From Acidobacteriota bacterium (GTDB lineage Bacteria > Acidobacteriota > UBA6911 > RPQK01 > JAJDTT01), in assembly GCA_965231825.1 (NCBI GenBank), contig OZ246889.1, forward strand, positions 4,441,859 to 4,505,858: 64,000 nucleotides of DNA, given 5' to 3'. Position numbers and translations under genes: made by a program. Each line of letters opens with the position of its first letter. Position 1 is the first letter of the stretch. Below are positions 26,778-36,393 of the stretch, one piece after another. The notes below the pieces were generated by a model. That model was not told where the DNA came from. It did no database searches and was given only the letters and a program-made list of their open reading frames with translations.

Positions 26778-28166
26778 TCAGTCGGAGGACTTTTCGATGC
26801 GATACAGGTGTGTGTCGCTGCGAATCAGGAGCGAACGGCCGGCGATGGCCATGGAGGCCAGGGTCCGTCCTTCCAATTGGTTTTCGGCCAACTTGTCGAA
26901 ACTCCGCCCCGGCTTGATGACGGTCGTCTTCCCGTCCTCGTCGAGAAGGAAAATCTTACCGTCGGCGTAGGCGGGTGAAGCGGAGAAATTCCCTCCCAGC
27001 CGTTCTCGCCAGTGCAGAGTTCCCTTTTTGGCGTCCAGGCAGGTGAGGACTCCTCCGTCGCTGACGAAATAGATCTCATCCCCGACGATCAGGGGAGAGG
27101 GCGTGACGGGAACTCCGCGCTGCCAGGTCCAGACCACGTGCGACTTGGTGACGTCTCCACGGCCGTCGGGCCGAATGGCATACAGGACGGGCCTACCCAG
27201 CGCGGGATTGACCAAGTAGACCAGACCGTGGACGAAGAGGGGCCGGGGGACCTGGGAGAAGCCAACGTAGCGGATCCACCAGAGCTTCTTGCCGGTGTTC
27301 AGTTCATAGGAGACGGCCACGTTCCCGCCGGTGCTGATCACCTGGCGCCGGCCGGCGGCGGCGATGACCAGAGGCGTCGAATAGGCCATGTCGCCATCCT
27401 CGCGCAAGGTCTTCCAACGCACGGTGCCGTCATTCTTGTCCAAGGCCGCCACGAACTGCGTGTCGGTGCCGTCGCAACTGATCAAGAGCAGGTCATCCGC
27501 GAGCGCCGGCGTCGAACCGGGTCCGTACTGTTCCACGTAACGCAGGTTCCGGCTCTTCCAGAGAACCTTGCCCCGGGCGTCGAGGGCCGCCGTGCCGAAG
27601 TCTCCGAAATGGACGTAGACCCGGTCCGGTTCCAGGATGGGCGTGGGAGAGGCGGATGAGTTCTTCGTGTGCAGCGAGGGCGGGCCCTCCAGCGCGATGA
27701 TCTCGACATCGTGCAGGAGACGGCCCGAAGCGAAGTCGAGCCCCAGGGCGCGAAGCGAGTGGCGCTCCCCCGATGAATCGCTCACGGAAATACCGGTGGT
27801 CAGCCAGATCTTGCCGTCACGCATGACGGGCGAGGACCATCCTTGGCCGGGAATGGGAACTTTCCAGACGATGTTTTCGGCTTCGCTCCAAGTCAGAGGC
27901 AGATCGACCGCATCCGAGTGACCTTGGCCATTGGGCCCGCGAAACTCGGGCCAATCTTGTGCCGGAAGGAGGCTCAAGTTCAGAGTCGACAGCAGGACAA
28001 GATTCACGACGAGGAATAGACTCGTGCGTCCTCGGAATTCCCGAACCGATGCCGGACCATCCGATGTCGAGAAGGTTGAATTTCGTTTCACCGAATTGGA
28101 ATCCTTTGCCGAGCCGGTTCTGGCCCGGCAGACGATCGGACCGAAGAGGGCGCCCACAAGGGGCAC
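26778..28166 (-). CDS. PQQ-repeat / BamB-like beta-propeller protein, secreted
   Basis: Repeated DG.I/VYA..G, G..LW motifs of PQQ-type beta-propeller blades. Hydrophobic signal segment. The start codon is uncertain. Confidence 0.6.
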   Translation of the reverse strand: MPLVGALFGPIVCRARTGSAKDSNSVKRNSTFSTSDGPASVREFRGRTSLFLVVNLVLLSTLNLSLLPAQDWPEFRGPNGQGHSDAVDLPLTWSEAENIVWKVPIPGQGWSSPVMRDGKIWLTTGISVSDSSGERHSLRALGLDFASGRLLHDVEIIALEGPPSLHTKNSSASPTPILEPDRVYVHFGDFGTAALDARGKVLWKSRNLRYVEQYGPGSTPALADDLLLISCDGTDTQFVAALDKNDGTVRWKTLREDGDMAYSTPLVIAAAGRRQVISTGGNVAVSYELNTGKKLWWIRYVGFSQVPRPLFVHGLVYLVNPALGRPVLYAIRPDGRGDVTKSHVVWTWQRGVPVTPSPLIVGDEIYFVSDGGVLTCLDAKKGTLHWRERLGGNFSASPAYADGKIFLLDEDGKTTVIKPGRSFDKLAENQLEGRTLASMAIAGRSLLIRSDTHLYRIEKSSD

Positions 28167-28312
28167 CCCTACCTATAATTCTTCAGCCATTTGCACAAGA
28201 TTTTGAGAATAAGAAACCCATTTGCAGAGGTGGTCTCGAGCCTCGAGGCCTTCGTAGGCGTTCTCGTCCCCGGTAGACCCGAAAGCGGCCTCTGACCGGA
28301 ATCGGCCATACA

Positions 28313-29329
28313 TCACGGAGACGCGAGAAACTCCAGGCCGTCCATCTTCCAGACGTTGAGCTGGTTCGTGGCGACTCCCATGATGGTGACGAGGGCGCCG
28401 TCCGCCACCGACTCGGGTGAGGAACTGAAATATCCGGTGATGTCCAAGGCGTCCATCACCTGGCCGTCCAGGGTCCAGTAGACGGTGTTGGCGTCGTCGG
28501 TCAGGTAGACGCCCCAGCGCCGAGGACGCTCCAGCAGGTCGGCAATCTCCGCCGGTTCCCGATAAACCCGGGTGGCGAGCGCCAGGCAGGGCACGGTCAC
28601 GTAGGGACCACCCGTTGCGATGGCCGCCTCATGGGCGACCCTGAGTTCCTGGGGCGTCATGTTCTTGCCCTCTTCGGTCCCGAAGGCGTCCCTGGGGTAC
28701 TTGTCGAAGTCATCGGGCCTGAGACCGCGAACCAGGTAGACGAAGAGCCCGTCGTCTCGCAACAGGTCGAAATGGAGTTGAATCCCCCGATCCTCGTCCT
28801 TCTGGGCACCCACGAACCCGTGCCAACTGCCCAGCGTGATGCTCCACGCCTGGACCAGTTGCCCCTTCTCGTTCATTTCCTCCGGGTAGTCCTCGTGGCT
28901 GAACACGCCGACGGTCACCTCCGCGCCGTTGGTGCCGGCCAATCCGGGATTGAAATACTTCCCGGTGGTGCCGAAACCGCCCAGGACCGCTTCGCCGGGA
29001 CCGGGCGGGGGAGCCCGCTCGATTTCCAGCAACCAGTGTCCATCCCGGATCCGCGCCCGGGCCGTTTCCAGGCGGGTCCAACGTTTCACGTCGAACTGGT
29101 CCGGCGGACCGTAAGCCTGGTTGAAATCGTCGCTGAGCTGCACCGTCAACTTGGCCTTGGTGGCTTCGTGCTCCGCCTGCGTCACCAGGCTGGGAGCCGC
29201 GGTCTCCTCGGCTGCCGGTTCCTCGGCCGCCGGCGCCTCTTGGGTTTGACCTCCACAGCCGAGCGCGGCAGCAACGATCACACTGCCCCCCAGAATTCCC
29301 ATCCACTGCCACACCACTCTTCTGCTCAT
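28313..29329 (-). CDS. hypothetical lipoprotein
   Basis: Lipobox VAAALGC. Ala/Glu/Pro-rich linker, then a ~280-aa globular domain without a recognisable signature. Confidence 0.45.
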   Translation of the reverse strand: MSRRVVWQWMGILGGSVIVAAALGCGGQTQEAPAAEEPAAEETAAPSLVTQAEHEATKAKLTVQLSDDFNQAYGPPDQFDVKRWTRLETARARIRDGHWLLEIERAPPPGPGEAVLGGFGTTGKYFNPGLAGTNGAEVTVGVFSHEDYPEEMNEKGQLVQAWSITLGSWHGFVGAQKDEDRGIQLHFDLLRDDGLFVYLVRGLRPDDFDKYPRDAFGTEEGKNMTPQELRVAHEAAIATGGPYVTVPCLALATRVYREPAEIADLLERPRRWGVYLTDDANTVYWTLDGQVMDALDITGYFSSSPESVADGALVTIMGVATNQLNVWKMDGLEFLASP

Positions 29330-29338
29330 GGTTTCACC

Positions 29339-31330
29339 TCACTCCGAACCGGAGCCTGGTCCGCCCGGTTCCTTGACTTCCAATTGCTGGTTGGCCTGGA
29401 TGGGTCCCGAGACGACTTGCCGTTCCCCAGAAGGCCAGATCACCTCGATCCGGTCCACGGTATTGGCGTTCCCCAATCCGAAGTACAGGGCCAGCCGGCT
29501 CTGCGAAAGATAGCCCGATTTTCCGTCGTGTACCCGAGTATAACTCTGGGCTCCAGCCTGCAACGTCACGCGTGTGCCAAGACCGTCCCGGTTGCTTCGC
29601 TCACCCTGCAGTTTCACCTTCAGATAGCTGATCGGCTTTCTCTCCGCCAGATCGCTGACCAGCACCATCGGTTCGGAGTTGAACTCGTTGGTGACGATGT
29701 CCTGGTCTCCGTCTCCATCCAAGTCGAATATCACCGATGAGCGGGTTCCCAAGGCGGCCCAGACCACGAATCGCCCGCTTCGTTGCCCACAACGTGAATG
29801 CGTCTTGTCCACGCCGTCACAGTCCAGTTCGAACCAGGGTCCGGCGGTCCGGTTTCCGCGCCTGGGCTCCACACCCAGGATAAATTCGCTGTCCCGAAAC
29901 GTCTTTCCCCCGTCATTGAGCAGGACGGAATTGACCCCGTACCGAAACGGATAGTTCATGCTCGACGCGATGAAGGCGTCGATGTAGCCGTCGGCGTTCA
30001 AATCTCCCGCGCTGAGGCCCCAGGGCCAGTAGTTCTCGGCGCCGACCTGGTCGGAGATTTCCCGGAACCGGCCCTGCCCCTGGTTGAGATAGAACGCATT
30101 CCCGTAGATGCTCTGCTCGCGCGGAACGGCCAGGCGCGAGGGAGTCCATTGCATGTTCGACTTGAGCTTCTCGAAGAGGGGAGGGATGCCTTCGCTCATA
30201 TCCGAATGCATATCGGTGAGAAAGATGTCCATGCGCCCGTCGTTGTCGAAATCGAAGACCTGGATTCCCATCGAACCCCAAGGGGTCTTGGGAAACAACT
30301 CCCGGCTTTTCTTGACGAACTTCCGGCCCTCCACGTTTTCATAGTACTCGTCGTTGCCCTGCATGTTCAGGACGTAGAGGTCGGGCCAACCATCCCGGTT
30401 GACGTCGATGGGGTTGGCGTCGCCGCTCCAACCTTCATCGACGATTCCCATTTTTTGGGAGACCTCCTCGAACCGGCGATTGCCCAGGTTCCTGTAGAGC
30501 AGGCTCTTCTCCGTACGCTCCGGCCGCAGGTGCCCTCCAAAAGCATCGTCCACGCCGACGTAGTAACCTCCCCTGCCGACCTGGTCGGTGGTGTAAACGC
30601 CCACATTCGTCACGAACAGGTCCAGGAGGCCGTCTCGGTCGAAATCGAAGAACACGCTTCCGGAGGAGTGCCCCGAATAGGCGAGGCCTGCTTCTCTGGT
30701 CACGTCCCGGAACCGGCCCTTTCCCCTGTTTTCGAACAGGATGTTTCCCTGACGCACGGTGGTGACGAAGAGGTCGGCGTCCCCATCGTTGTCGACGTCG
30801 GCGAAGGAGGCCGCCACGCTGATCCTGTCGGGCAAGCCGACTCCAGCCACATCGGTCAGGTCCCGGAACCGGCCGCGTCCCAGGTTTTTCCAGAGTTGAT
30901 TGGCTCCGATCTGGTTGAGGAAATAGAGGTCCTCAAGTCCGTCGCCGTCCACATCCGCCGCGGCAATTCCGTTCCCGTGGTCATAGTGCACCGGTTTCCA
31001 GTACTTCCCCGAATCATCCGCGATCCGGTGAACGAACTCGATTCCGGTCTCTTCGAGGCGGTCCGAGAACCGAAAATCGTGAAATACGCCGAGGGTGTCC
31101 TTGCCTTCGATCTGAAGTTCCTTGCGGATCTCCATCCATTCCGGCGCCAGCACCGTGTCCGGAACCGGCAACACTTGAGCCGCTACCTGGAAATCCTCTT
31201 TCTGTGCGGCGGCGTCCCGGCTCCAACCGGACAGGACCAGAATCAGGCCCACGGCCGTCAACCACACCCACGAACGGCCCGAGATGAACCGTCCGAGAAT
31301 CTCTTTCCGGGCCAGATGAGCCGTCCTCAT
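29339..31330 (-). CDS. CRTAC1-family protein (FG-GAP/VCBS repeats + ASPIC/UnbV C-terminal domain)
   Basis: Repeated D.DGDGD.DL.V.N FG-GAP calcium-binding loops. C-terminal GTRVTLQAGAQSYTRVHDGKSGYLSQSRLALYFGLG (UnbV/ASPIC). Start moved to MRTAHLAR before the signal peptide. Confidence 0.75.
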   Translation of the reverse strand: MRTAHLARKEILGRFISGRSWVWLTAVGLILVLSGWSRDAAAQKEDFQVAAQVLPVPDTVLAPEWMEIRKELQIEGKDTLGVFHDFRFSDRLEETGIEFVHRIADDSGKYWKPVHYDHGNGIAAADVDGDGLEDLYFLNQIGANQLWKNLGRGRFRDLTDVAGVGLPDRISVAASFADVDNDGDADLFVTTVRQGNILFENRGKGRFRDVTREAGLAYSGHSSGSVFFDFDRDGLLDLFVTNVGVYTTDQVGRGGYYVGVDDAFGGHLRPERTEKSLLYRNLGNRRFEEVSQKMGIVDEGWSGDANPIDVNRDGWPDLYVLNMQGNDEYYENVEGRKFVKKSRELFPKTPWGSMGIQVFDFDNDGRMDIFLTDMHSDMSEGIPPLFEKLKSNMQWTPSRLAVPREQSIYGNAFYLNQGQGRFREISDQVGAENYWPWGLSAGDLNADGYIDAFIASSMNYPFRYGVNSVLLNDGGKTFRDSEFILGVEPRRGNRTAGPWFELDCDGVDKTHSRCGQRSGRFVVWAALGTRSSVIFDLDGDGDQDIVTNEFNSEPMVLVSDLAERKPISYLKVKLQGERSNRDGLGTRVTLQAGAQSYTRVHDGKSGYLSQSRLALYFGLGNANTVDRIEVIWPSGERQVVSGPIQANQQLEVKEPGGPGSGSE

Positions 31331-31422
31331 GATTCGTCTCGTCCGGCTACCGTCCATTTCGTCCCAGTATACTGCCGATCTTCGTTGACGATAGAAGCCT
31401 CGTGCGCCTGTGAACCCAGCCG

Positions 31423-33177
31423 TCACTCGGAACCGCAAGGCTGTCCCGATCCACGGCGTAACGTCACGTAACAGCCGGACTCCCGGACGGGCCAGACCTC
31501 GCATCGGCCGTCCGGCCATTCGACGGCAACGCCCTGTATCTCCGTGGCGGTGCCGAGCCCGAAATGAACCCTTCCGTCATGGGCGCTCAGATAGCTTCCA
31601 TCGGTTCGGCAGCGGCTCAAGAGGGGCCGGATGCCCTCCCGCAGCACGGCAACTCCAGCCTGGTCGATCCCGGCATAGGGGCTTTTCTCTCCTTCCAAGC
31701 GGACGCCCAGCCAGCGCCGGCCCGAAGCCGCCTGGTTGAGCAGGAGACGAACCGGTCCGTTGTTGTTGGACACCACGACATCCACGTCTCCATCGTCGTC
31801 CACGTCTCCGAAAGCGGCGCCCCGGCTGACTTCGGCCCGTTCCATTCCCGGTCCGGCGGCGGAGGCGGCCACTTCCCGGTACTCGCCCCGGCCCTGGTTC
31901 CGAAAAAGCTGGTTCTTCTGGGCGTAGGGATAAGACGAATCGGAAGGCTGGTTCTCATCCACGGTGACCGCACCGTTGGCGACGAACAGGTCCAACCAGC
32001 CGTCGTGATCGTAGTCGAACCAGAGGGTGCCGAACCCGGTATAGGGGACACTGGCCTGGGCTAGTCCGAATCGAGCGGTCGCGTCGGCGAACCCCCTGGC
32101 CAGGTCGCTCAGGTAGAGGGTATTGGTCTCCCGCTGATTGTGGGTGACAAAGAGGTCCTCGTCGCCGTCGCCGTCAAAATCGGCGGCCGTCACCCCCATC
32201 CCTGCCTCCGCCACACCGTCGGCATTGTAGGCGGTTCCCGACATCAGCCCGAAATCCTCGAAACCTCCCTTGCCGTCGTTGACCCACAGTTGATTGGGCG
32301 TCCCGTCATTGGCGACATAGAGATCCAACCGGCGGTCCCGGTTGGCGTCCACCGCGATGACGCCCAATCCGGCTCCGAAGGCGGCGCCCAGTCCGGCTTC
32401 CTCGCTGACGTCTTCGAACCTGCCGCCCCCCAGGTTCCGAAACAGCCGGTCCGGCACCGGCTCGTAGACGCTGGGCGAACAGTACTCCCGGCGGCTCTCG
32501 CCGCACGCCTTGTTCCCCCTGACGGTGAAGGAAACGTAGTTGGCTAGGTAGAGGTCGAGACGGCCGTCCCCGTCGTAGTCTAAAAACGAGGCGCTGGTGC
32601 TGAACCTGGGGTCGTCCACGCCGGCGTCCCGGGTCACGTCCTGAAAGGTCCCGTCGCCGCGGTTCCGATACAGGACGTTGGGTCCGAAATTGGTCACGTA
32701 GAGGTCCAGGTCGCCGTCTTCGTCGTAGTCCCCGACGGCCAGACCCATCCCGTACCCTTCGTGTCCCACGCCGGCCCCGTCGGTGGCGTCGACAAACCCC
32801 AGCCGTCCGGTCTCCTTCAACTGATTGCGGAAGAGGCGGTTGCGCGGCGGCCAACGGCCGGTGAACGGAAACAGGGATTGGGCGAGGGTCTTGAACGGGT
32901 CCAGCATCGCTCCCTGTATCAGGTAGACGTCCAGGTCCCCGTCCCCGTCGTAGTCCAGCAGGCCGACCCCGGAGCCCATGATCTCGGGCAGATAGTACTC
33001 TCCGGTCGCGCCGATGAAGTGATGGAAATCCAGGCCCAACTCTCGGGCCGATTCCCGGAATACGGGGTCCTCCGCTGCCTCCAGTCCTCCGCCGGCCAAG
33101 ACTCCGGCCAGAGTCAGAACGAAAGCCGGCAACGAACGGCTCATGGGAACCCTCATCCTACTCGGTGCCAAGAACAC
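31423..33177 (-). CDS. CRTAC1-family protein (FG-GAP + ASPIC/UnbV)
   Basis: Same architecture as the other CRTAC1-family genes here: signal peptide, multiple FG-GAP loops, UnbV-type C-terminus. Confidence 0.75.
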   Translation of the reverse strand: MFLAPSRMRVPMSRSLPAFVLTLAGVLAGGGLEAAEDPVFRESARELGLDFHHFIGATGEYYLPEIMGSGVGLLDYDGDGDLDVYLIQGAMLDPFKTLAQSLFPFTGRWPPRNRLFRNQLKETGRLGFVDATDGAGVGHEGYGMGLAVGDYDEDGDLDLYVTNFGPNVLYRNRGDGTFQDVTRDAGVDDPRFSTSASFLDYDGDGRLDLYLANYVSFTVRGNKACGESRREYCSPSVYEPVPDRLFRNLGGGRFEDVSEEAGLGAAFGAGLGVIAVDANRDRRLDLYVANDGTPNQLWVNDGKGGFEDFGLMSGTAYNADGVAEAGMGVTAADFDGDGDEDLFVTHNQRETNTLYLSDLARGFADATARFGLAQASVPYTGFGTLWFDYDHDGWLDLFVANGAVTVDENQPSDSSYPYAQKNQLFRNQGRGEYREVAASAAGPGMERAEVSRGAAFGDVDDDGDVDVVVSNNNGPVRLLLNQAASGRRWLGVRLEGEKSPYAGIDQAGVAVLREGIRPLLSRCRTDGSYLSAHDGRVHFGLGTATEIQGVAVEWPDGRCEVWPVRESGCYVTLRRGSGQPCGSE

Positions 33178-34588
33178 TCATCCCCTCCAGCCGGGCCAGG
33201 AGCGCCTCGATTTCCCGCAGCAGGGCATGCTGTTGGGACGCAGCGGCCATCTGCTTTGCTTTCAGCGCGGCCTCTTTGGCCTTTTGAAACTGTTTCAGCT
33301 CGATCCGGACCAGGGCCAAGGTGTGCAGGTACACGGGCGTGCCCTCGTTCTCGGGTTCCAGTGTCCTCTCCAGGTGCCGAACCGCTTCGGCGGGCTTGCC
33401 TTGAGTCATGAGCAGGCGCGCCAGATTGAAGTGGGGGAGATGGAAATTGGGCTCGTACTGGATGGCCAGGCGGAAATGACGCGCCGCTTCGTCGGCCTGC
33501 CCCTTCTGGGCCAGCAGATACCCCAGGTTGTTGTGGCTCAGGGCGTGATAGGGGTTGATCTCCAGAGCCTTCCTCAGCACTTCCTCGGCCTCACCCATAC
33601 GGCCGGACATGCCCAGGAACATGCCGAAGTTGTAGTGGGTCTTGTACATGCCCGGGTCGATGGCCACCGCCTTGCGGTAGTGTTCCTCCACCTTTGCCGG
33701 GTCGCGCAACACAACGTACAGGGAGGAGAGGTTCCCGTGGACGACGGAATGATCCGGGTCGATCTCCAGTGCCTTCAGAAAAGCGGTTTCCGCGGCGCGG
33801 AAATCCCCTTGATCTCGAAGGGCGATCCCATTCTCCAGGTACCAGGTGGCGCCGGAGGCGAGTGACTGGATCGCGTCAAGCAGCGGGTCCTTGCGGGGAG
33901 GCTCCTTGGCCGAGCTTTGCCGGAACTGGACGAGATGCTCCCGCATCTTGGCTCCGTCACCCAGGTTCCGGTAGGCCAGACCGAGAGCGTAGTGGCTGGC
34001 CCCGTATTCAGGGAACAACTCGCAAGCCTTCCGGAAGTGTTCGACCGCCCCTGTCAGATCGCCGGTCTCGGCGTGGACGCGCCCCAGACCATAGTGAGCC
34101 ACGGCCGATCCGGGGTGGTCCCGGATGATCGCTTGGAATGCCTCGCGGCTCTCATCCGGCCGGCCCAGTTGCTGGAGGACTTCCGCCAGCGCCAGGCGCG
34201 CCGCGAGGTCATCCCGTCTGAGCGTTACGGCCTGACGAAACGCGGACGCCGCTCCCTCCAGCTTTCCCATCGGGACCCGGACGACTCCCAGGTAGTAGGC
34301 CCAGGGGTAATGGTCGGAGACCAGCAGGTGAGCCCTGAGATAGAGTGCCTCCGCCAGCTTGTAGCGCTTATGGGCATGGAGGATCATGCCCAGTTTTCCG
34401 TTGGCCTCCGCAGACTTGGGCTCCGAGCCCAGCCGGTTGGCGGCCGCCTCGATCTGTTCCCATGCCCTGGCTTCGAATTCATCCTTCCACGGGGCCAGAT
34501 CCGGAATGGGGGGCAGGTCCTCCACCGCTGCCGGGGTCACCAATGAGACCGTGAAGCTCAAGCCCAGAACCAACAGAAACGCGCTCAT
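33158..34588 (-). CDS. TPR-repeat protein, secreted
   Basis: Signal peptide MSAFLLVLGLSFTVSLVTPAAV. At least 8 TPR units (AxxYxxAL..P..A.A..nLG pattern). The ORF upstream of this Met is alternate-frame read-through of the neighbouring CRTAC1 3' end. Confidence 0.7.
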   Translation of the reverse strand: MSAFLLVLGLSFTVSLVTPAAVEDLPPIPDLAPWKDEFEARAWEQIEAAANRLGSEPKSAEANGKLGMILHAHKRYKLAEALYLRAHLLVSDHYPWAYYLGVVRVPMGKLEGAASAFRQAVTLRRDDLAARLALAEVLQQLGRPDESREAFQAIIRDHPGSAVAHYGLGRVHAETGDLTGAVEHFRKACELFPEYGASHYALGLAYRNLGDGAKMREHLVQFRQSSAKEPPRKDPLLDAIQSLASGATWYLENGIALRDQGDFRAAETAFLKALEIDPDHSVVHGNLSSLYVVLRDPAKVEEHYRKAVAIDPGMYKTHYNFGMFLGMSGRMGEAEEVLRKALEINPYHALSHNNLGYLLAQKGQADEAARHFRLAIQYEPNFHLPHFNLARLLMTQGKPAEAVRHLERTLEPENEGTPVYLHTLALVRIELKQFQKAKEAALKAKQMAAASQQHALLREIEALLARLEGMSVLGTE

Positions 34589-34620
34589 GCTCTTCCGTCT
34601 CCGTTCTCCCCTCTGCCAGC

Positions 34621-36393
34621 TCATTGGTCCGTCACCGTTTTCCCGCTGCCCCGGTAGAGAACCGAATACTGATCGACGGGCAGGCCGCTCCACTCCTCCA
34701 GGGTTCCGTCCGTCCATTCGGCGCGAACCTTCAGGACCCGCGTCTCGTCCCCGAGTCCGAAGAGCAGCCTGGGATCGTTGGCGGAGGCGTAACTCCCGTC
34801 GGTCCGGACCCGGCGCCAGAGCGCCTTGTCCCCGGGCAGAAATACACTCACTCGAGTGCCCAGCAGGTCCCTCTTGAGCCGCCGGTCCATCAACCGCAGT
34901 CCCAGCCAATGGCGCCGCTGGCCGGTCTGGTTGATCAGCACGCGCGCCCGGCCGTTGTTGTTGAACACCAGGACATCCGTGTCGCCGTCGTTGTCCAAAT
35001 CTCCGAAAGCCCCGCCCCGGCTCACTTCCGAGAGCTCGAAGACCGGGCCGGCCCCATTCGTCACGTCCTCGAACCGCTCCCCGCCCACATTGCGGAAGAG
35101 TTGATTGGGCTGATGAAGCGGGTAGGGGTCGTTTTTCTTGGCCAGGGCGTCGAGGGTGTCCACATGGCCGTTCACGGCCAGGACATCCAGCCAGCCGTCA
35201 TTGTCGTAATCCAGGAACGCCGTTCCGAATCCGGTGTAGGGCACGCTGGGGGGGGCGAGGCGGGTCCCGGAGGACTCGTCCTCGAACCAGCCGCTGCCGT
35301 CGTTCCGGTAGAGGGTGTTGGTCTCGTTCAGGAGATGCGTCATGAACAGATCTTCGTCGCCGTCGTTGTCGAAGTCCGCTGCATCCACGCCCATGCTCGA
35401 CTCCGCCTTCCCGTCCTTGTTGAAGGCGCAGCCGGCCAGCAACGCTTCGTTGCTGAAGGTCCCGTCCTTCTGATTCATCCAGAGATGATTGGGACGCTGG
35501 TCGTTGGCCACATAGAGGTCGATCCAGCCGTCCTGGTTGAAGTCGGCCGTGACCACCCCCAGGGAACCGTTGTACTGGCGCGCGATCTGGGATGGGGCCG
35601 ACACGTCCTCGAAGGTCCCGTCCCCCCGGTTGCGAAACAACTGGTCCGGGACCGGCTCGTAACTGAGAGGCCCGCAGTAATCGACGCGGCCCGTGATTCC
35701 GAAACAGTCCTTGGTGTAGGAGAAGCTGAAATTGACGTAGTTGCCGACGAAGAGATCGAGCCACCCGTCGCGGTCGTAATCCAGGAACGCCGCGCTGACG
35801 CTCCAGCGGGGCGCGGCCTCTTCGGGCATCGCGGCTTCTCGAAAGCTGCCGTCCCCGTTGTTGCGAAACAGTTGGTTCCGACCGAAGTTGGTCACGTAGA
35901 GGTCGATCCAGCCATCGTTGTCGACGTCGGCCGCCGCCGCTCCCATGCCGTACCCGGTGGCCTCGACTCCGCTCTCCTTGGTGACGTCGGTGAAGCGCAG
36001 GACGCGGCTCCGATCCGCCCGGACCTCCAGGTCATTTCGATACAAGCGGTCTCTCGGGGGCAATGGGACCCGCGGCGGAAAAAGGGCGTCCTCAAGACCC
36101 TTTCCCAGCCCCAGCATGTTGCCTTGAACGATATAGAGGTCCAGGTCTCCGTCGTTGTCGTAATCGAACAGGGCGCCGCCCGATCCCACGACCTCACAGA
36201 AGTACTTCTCCCCCGACATCCCGTTGAAGTGCACGAAATCGATCCCGACCGCCTGGGCCTCGTCGGTGAAGATTTCGGACCCGGAAGTCGCGAGACCTGA
36301 CATGAAGAACAGGCTCAGAACCAAAAGACCGGCGCCTGCAACGGACGGCCGCCGGGCTCCCCGGACTCGGCGTTGCCCCCTTCGCCGTTTCAT
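34621..36393 (-). CDS. CRTAC1-family protein (FG-GAP + ASPIC/UnbV), tandem paralog A
   Basis: Near-identical over long stretches to 36390-38198 (e.g. LFRNRGDGTFED...QDGWIDLYVANDQRPNHLWMNQKDGTF). Signal peptide present. Confidence 0.8.
   Translation of the reverse strand: MKRRRGQRRVRGARRPSVAGAGLLVLSLFFMSGLATSGSEIFTDEAQAVGIDFVHFNGMSGEKYFCEVVGSGGALFDYDNDGDLDLYIVQGNMLGLGKGLEDALFPPRVPLPPRDRLYRNDLEVRADRSRVLRFTDVTKESGVEATGYGMGAAAADVDNDGWIDLYVTNFGRNQLFRNNGDGSFREAAMPEEAAPRWSVSAAFLDYDRDGWLDLFVGNYVNFSFSYTKDCFGITGRVDYCGPLSYEPVPDQLFRNRGDGTFEDVSAPSQIARQYNGSLGVVTADFNQDGWIDLYVANDQRPNHLWMNQKDGTFSNEALLAGCAFNKDGKAESSMGVDAADFDNDGDEDLFMTHLLNETNTLYRNDGSGWFEDESSGTRLAPPSVPYTGFGTAFLDYDNDGWLDVLAVNGHVDTLDALAKKNDPYPLHQPNQLFRNVGGERFEDVTNGAGPVFELSEVSRGGAFGDLDNDGDTDVLVFNNNGRARVLINQTGQRRHWLGLRLMDRRLKRDLLGTRVSVFLPGDKALWRRVRTDGSYASANDPRLLFGLGDETRVLKVRAEWTDGTLEEWSGLPVDQYSVLYRGSGKTVTDQ

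Noticed and set aside
34588-34909. Repeated 'MAGTAVDGPAAQEGPAGHSS...' ORFs at 34588-34909 and 36415-36678 that look like a duplicated small gene
   Set aside because: Both are alternate-frame translations of the near-identical 3' ends of the two tandem CRTAC1 paralogs. The true TPR gene starts at the signal-peptide Met at 34588.
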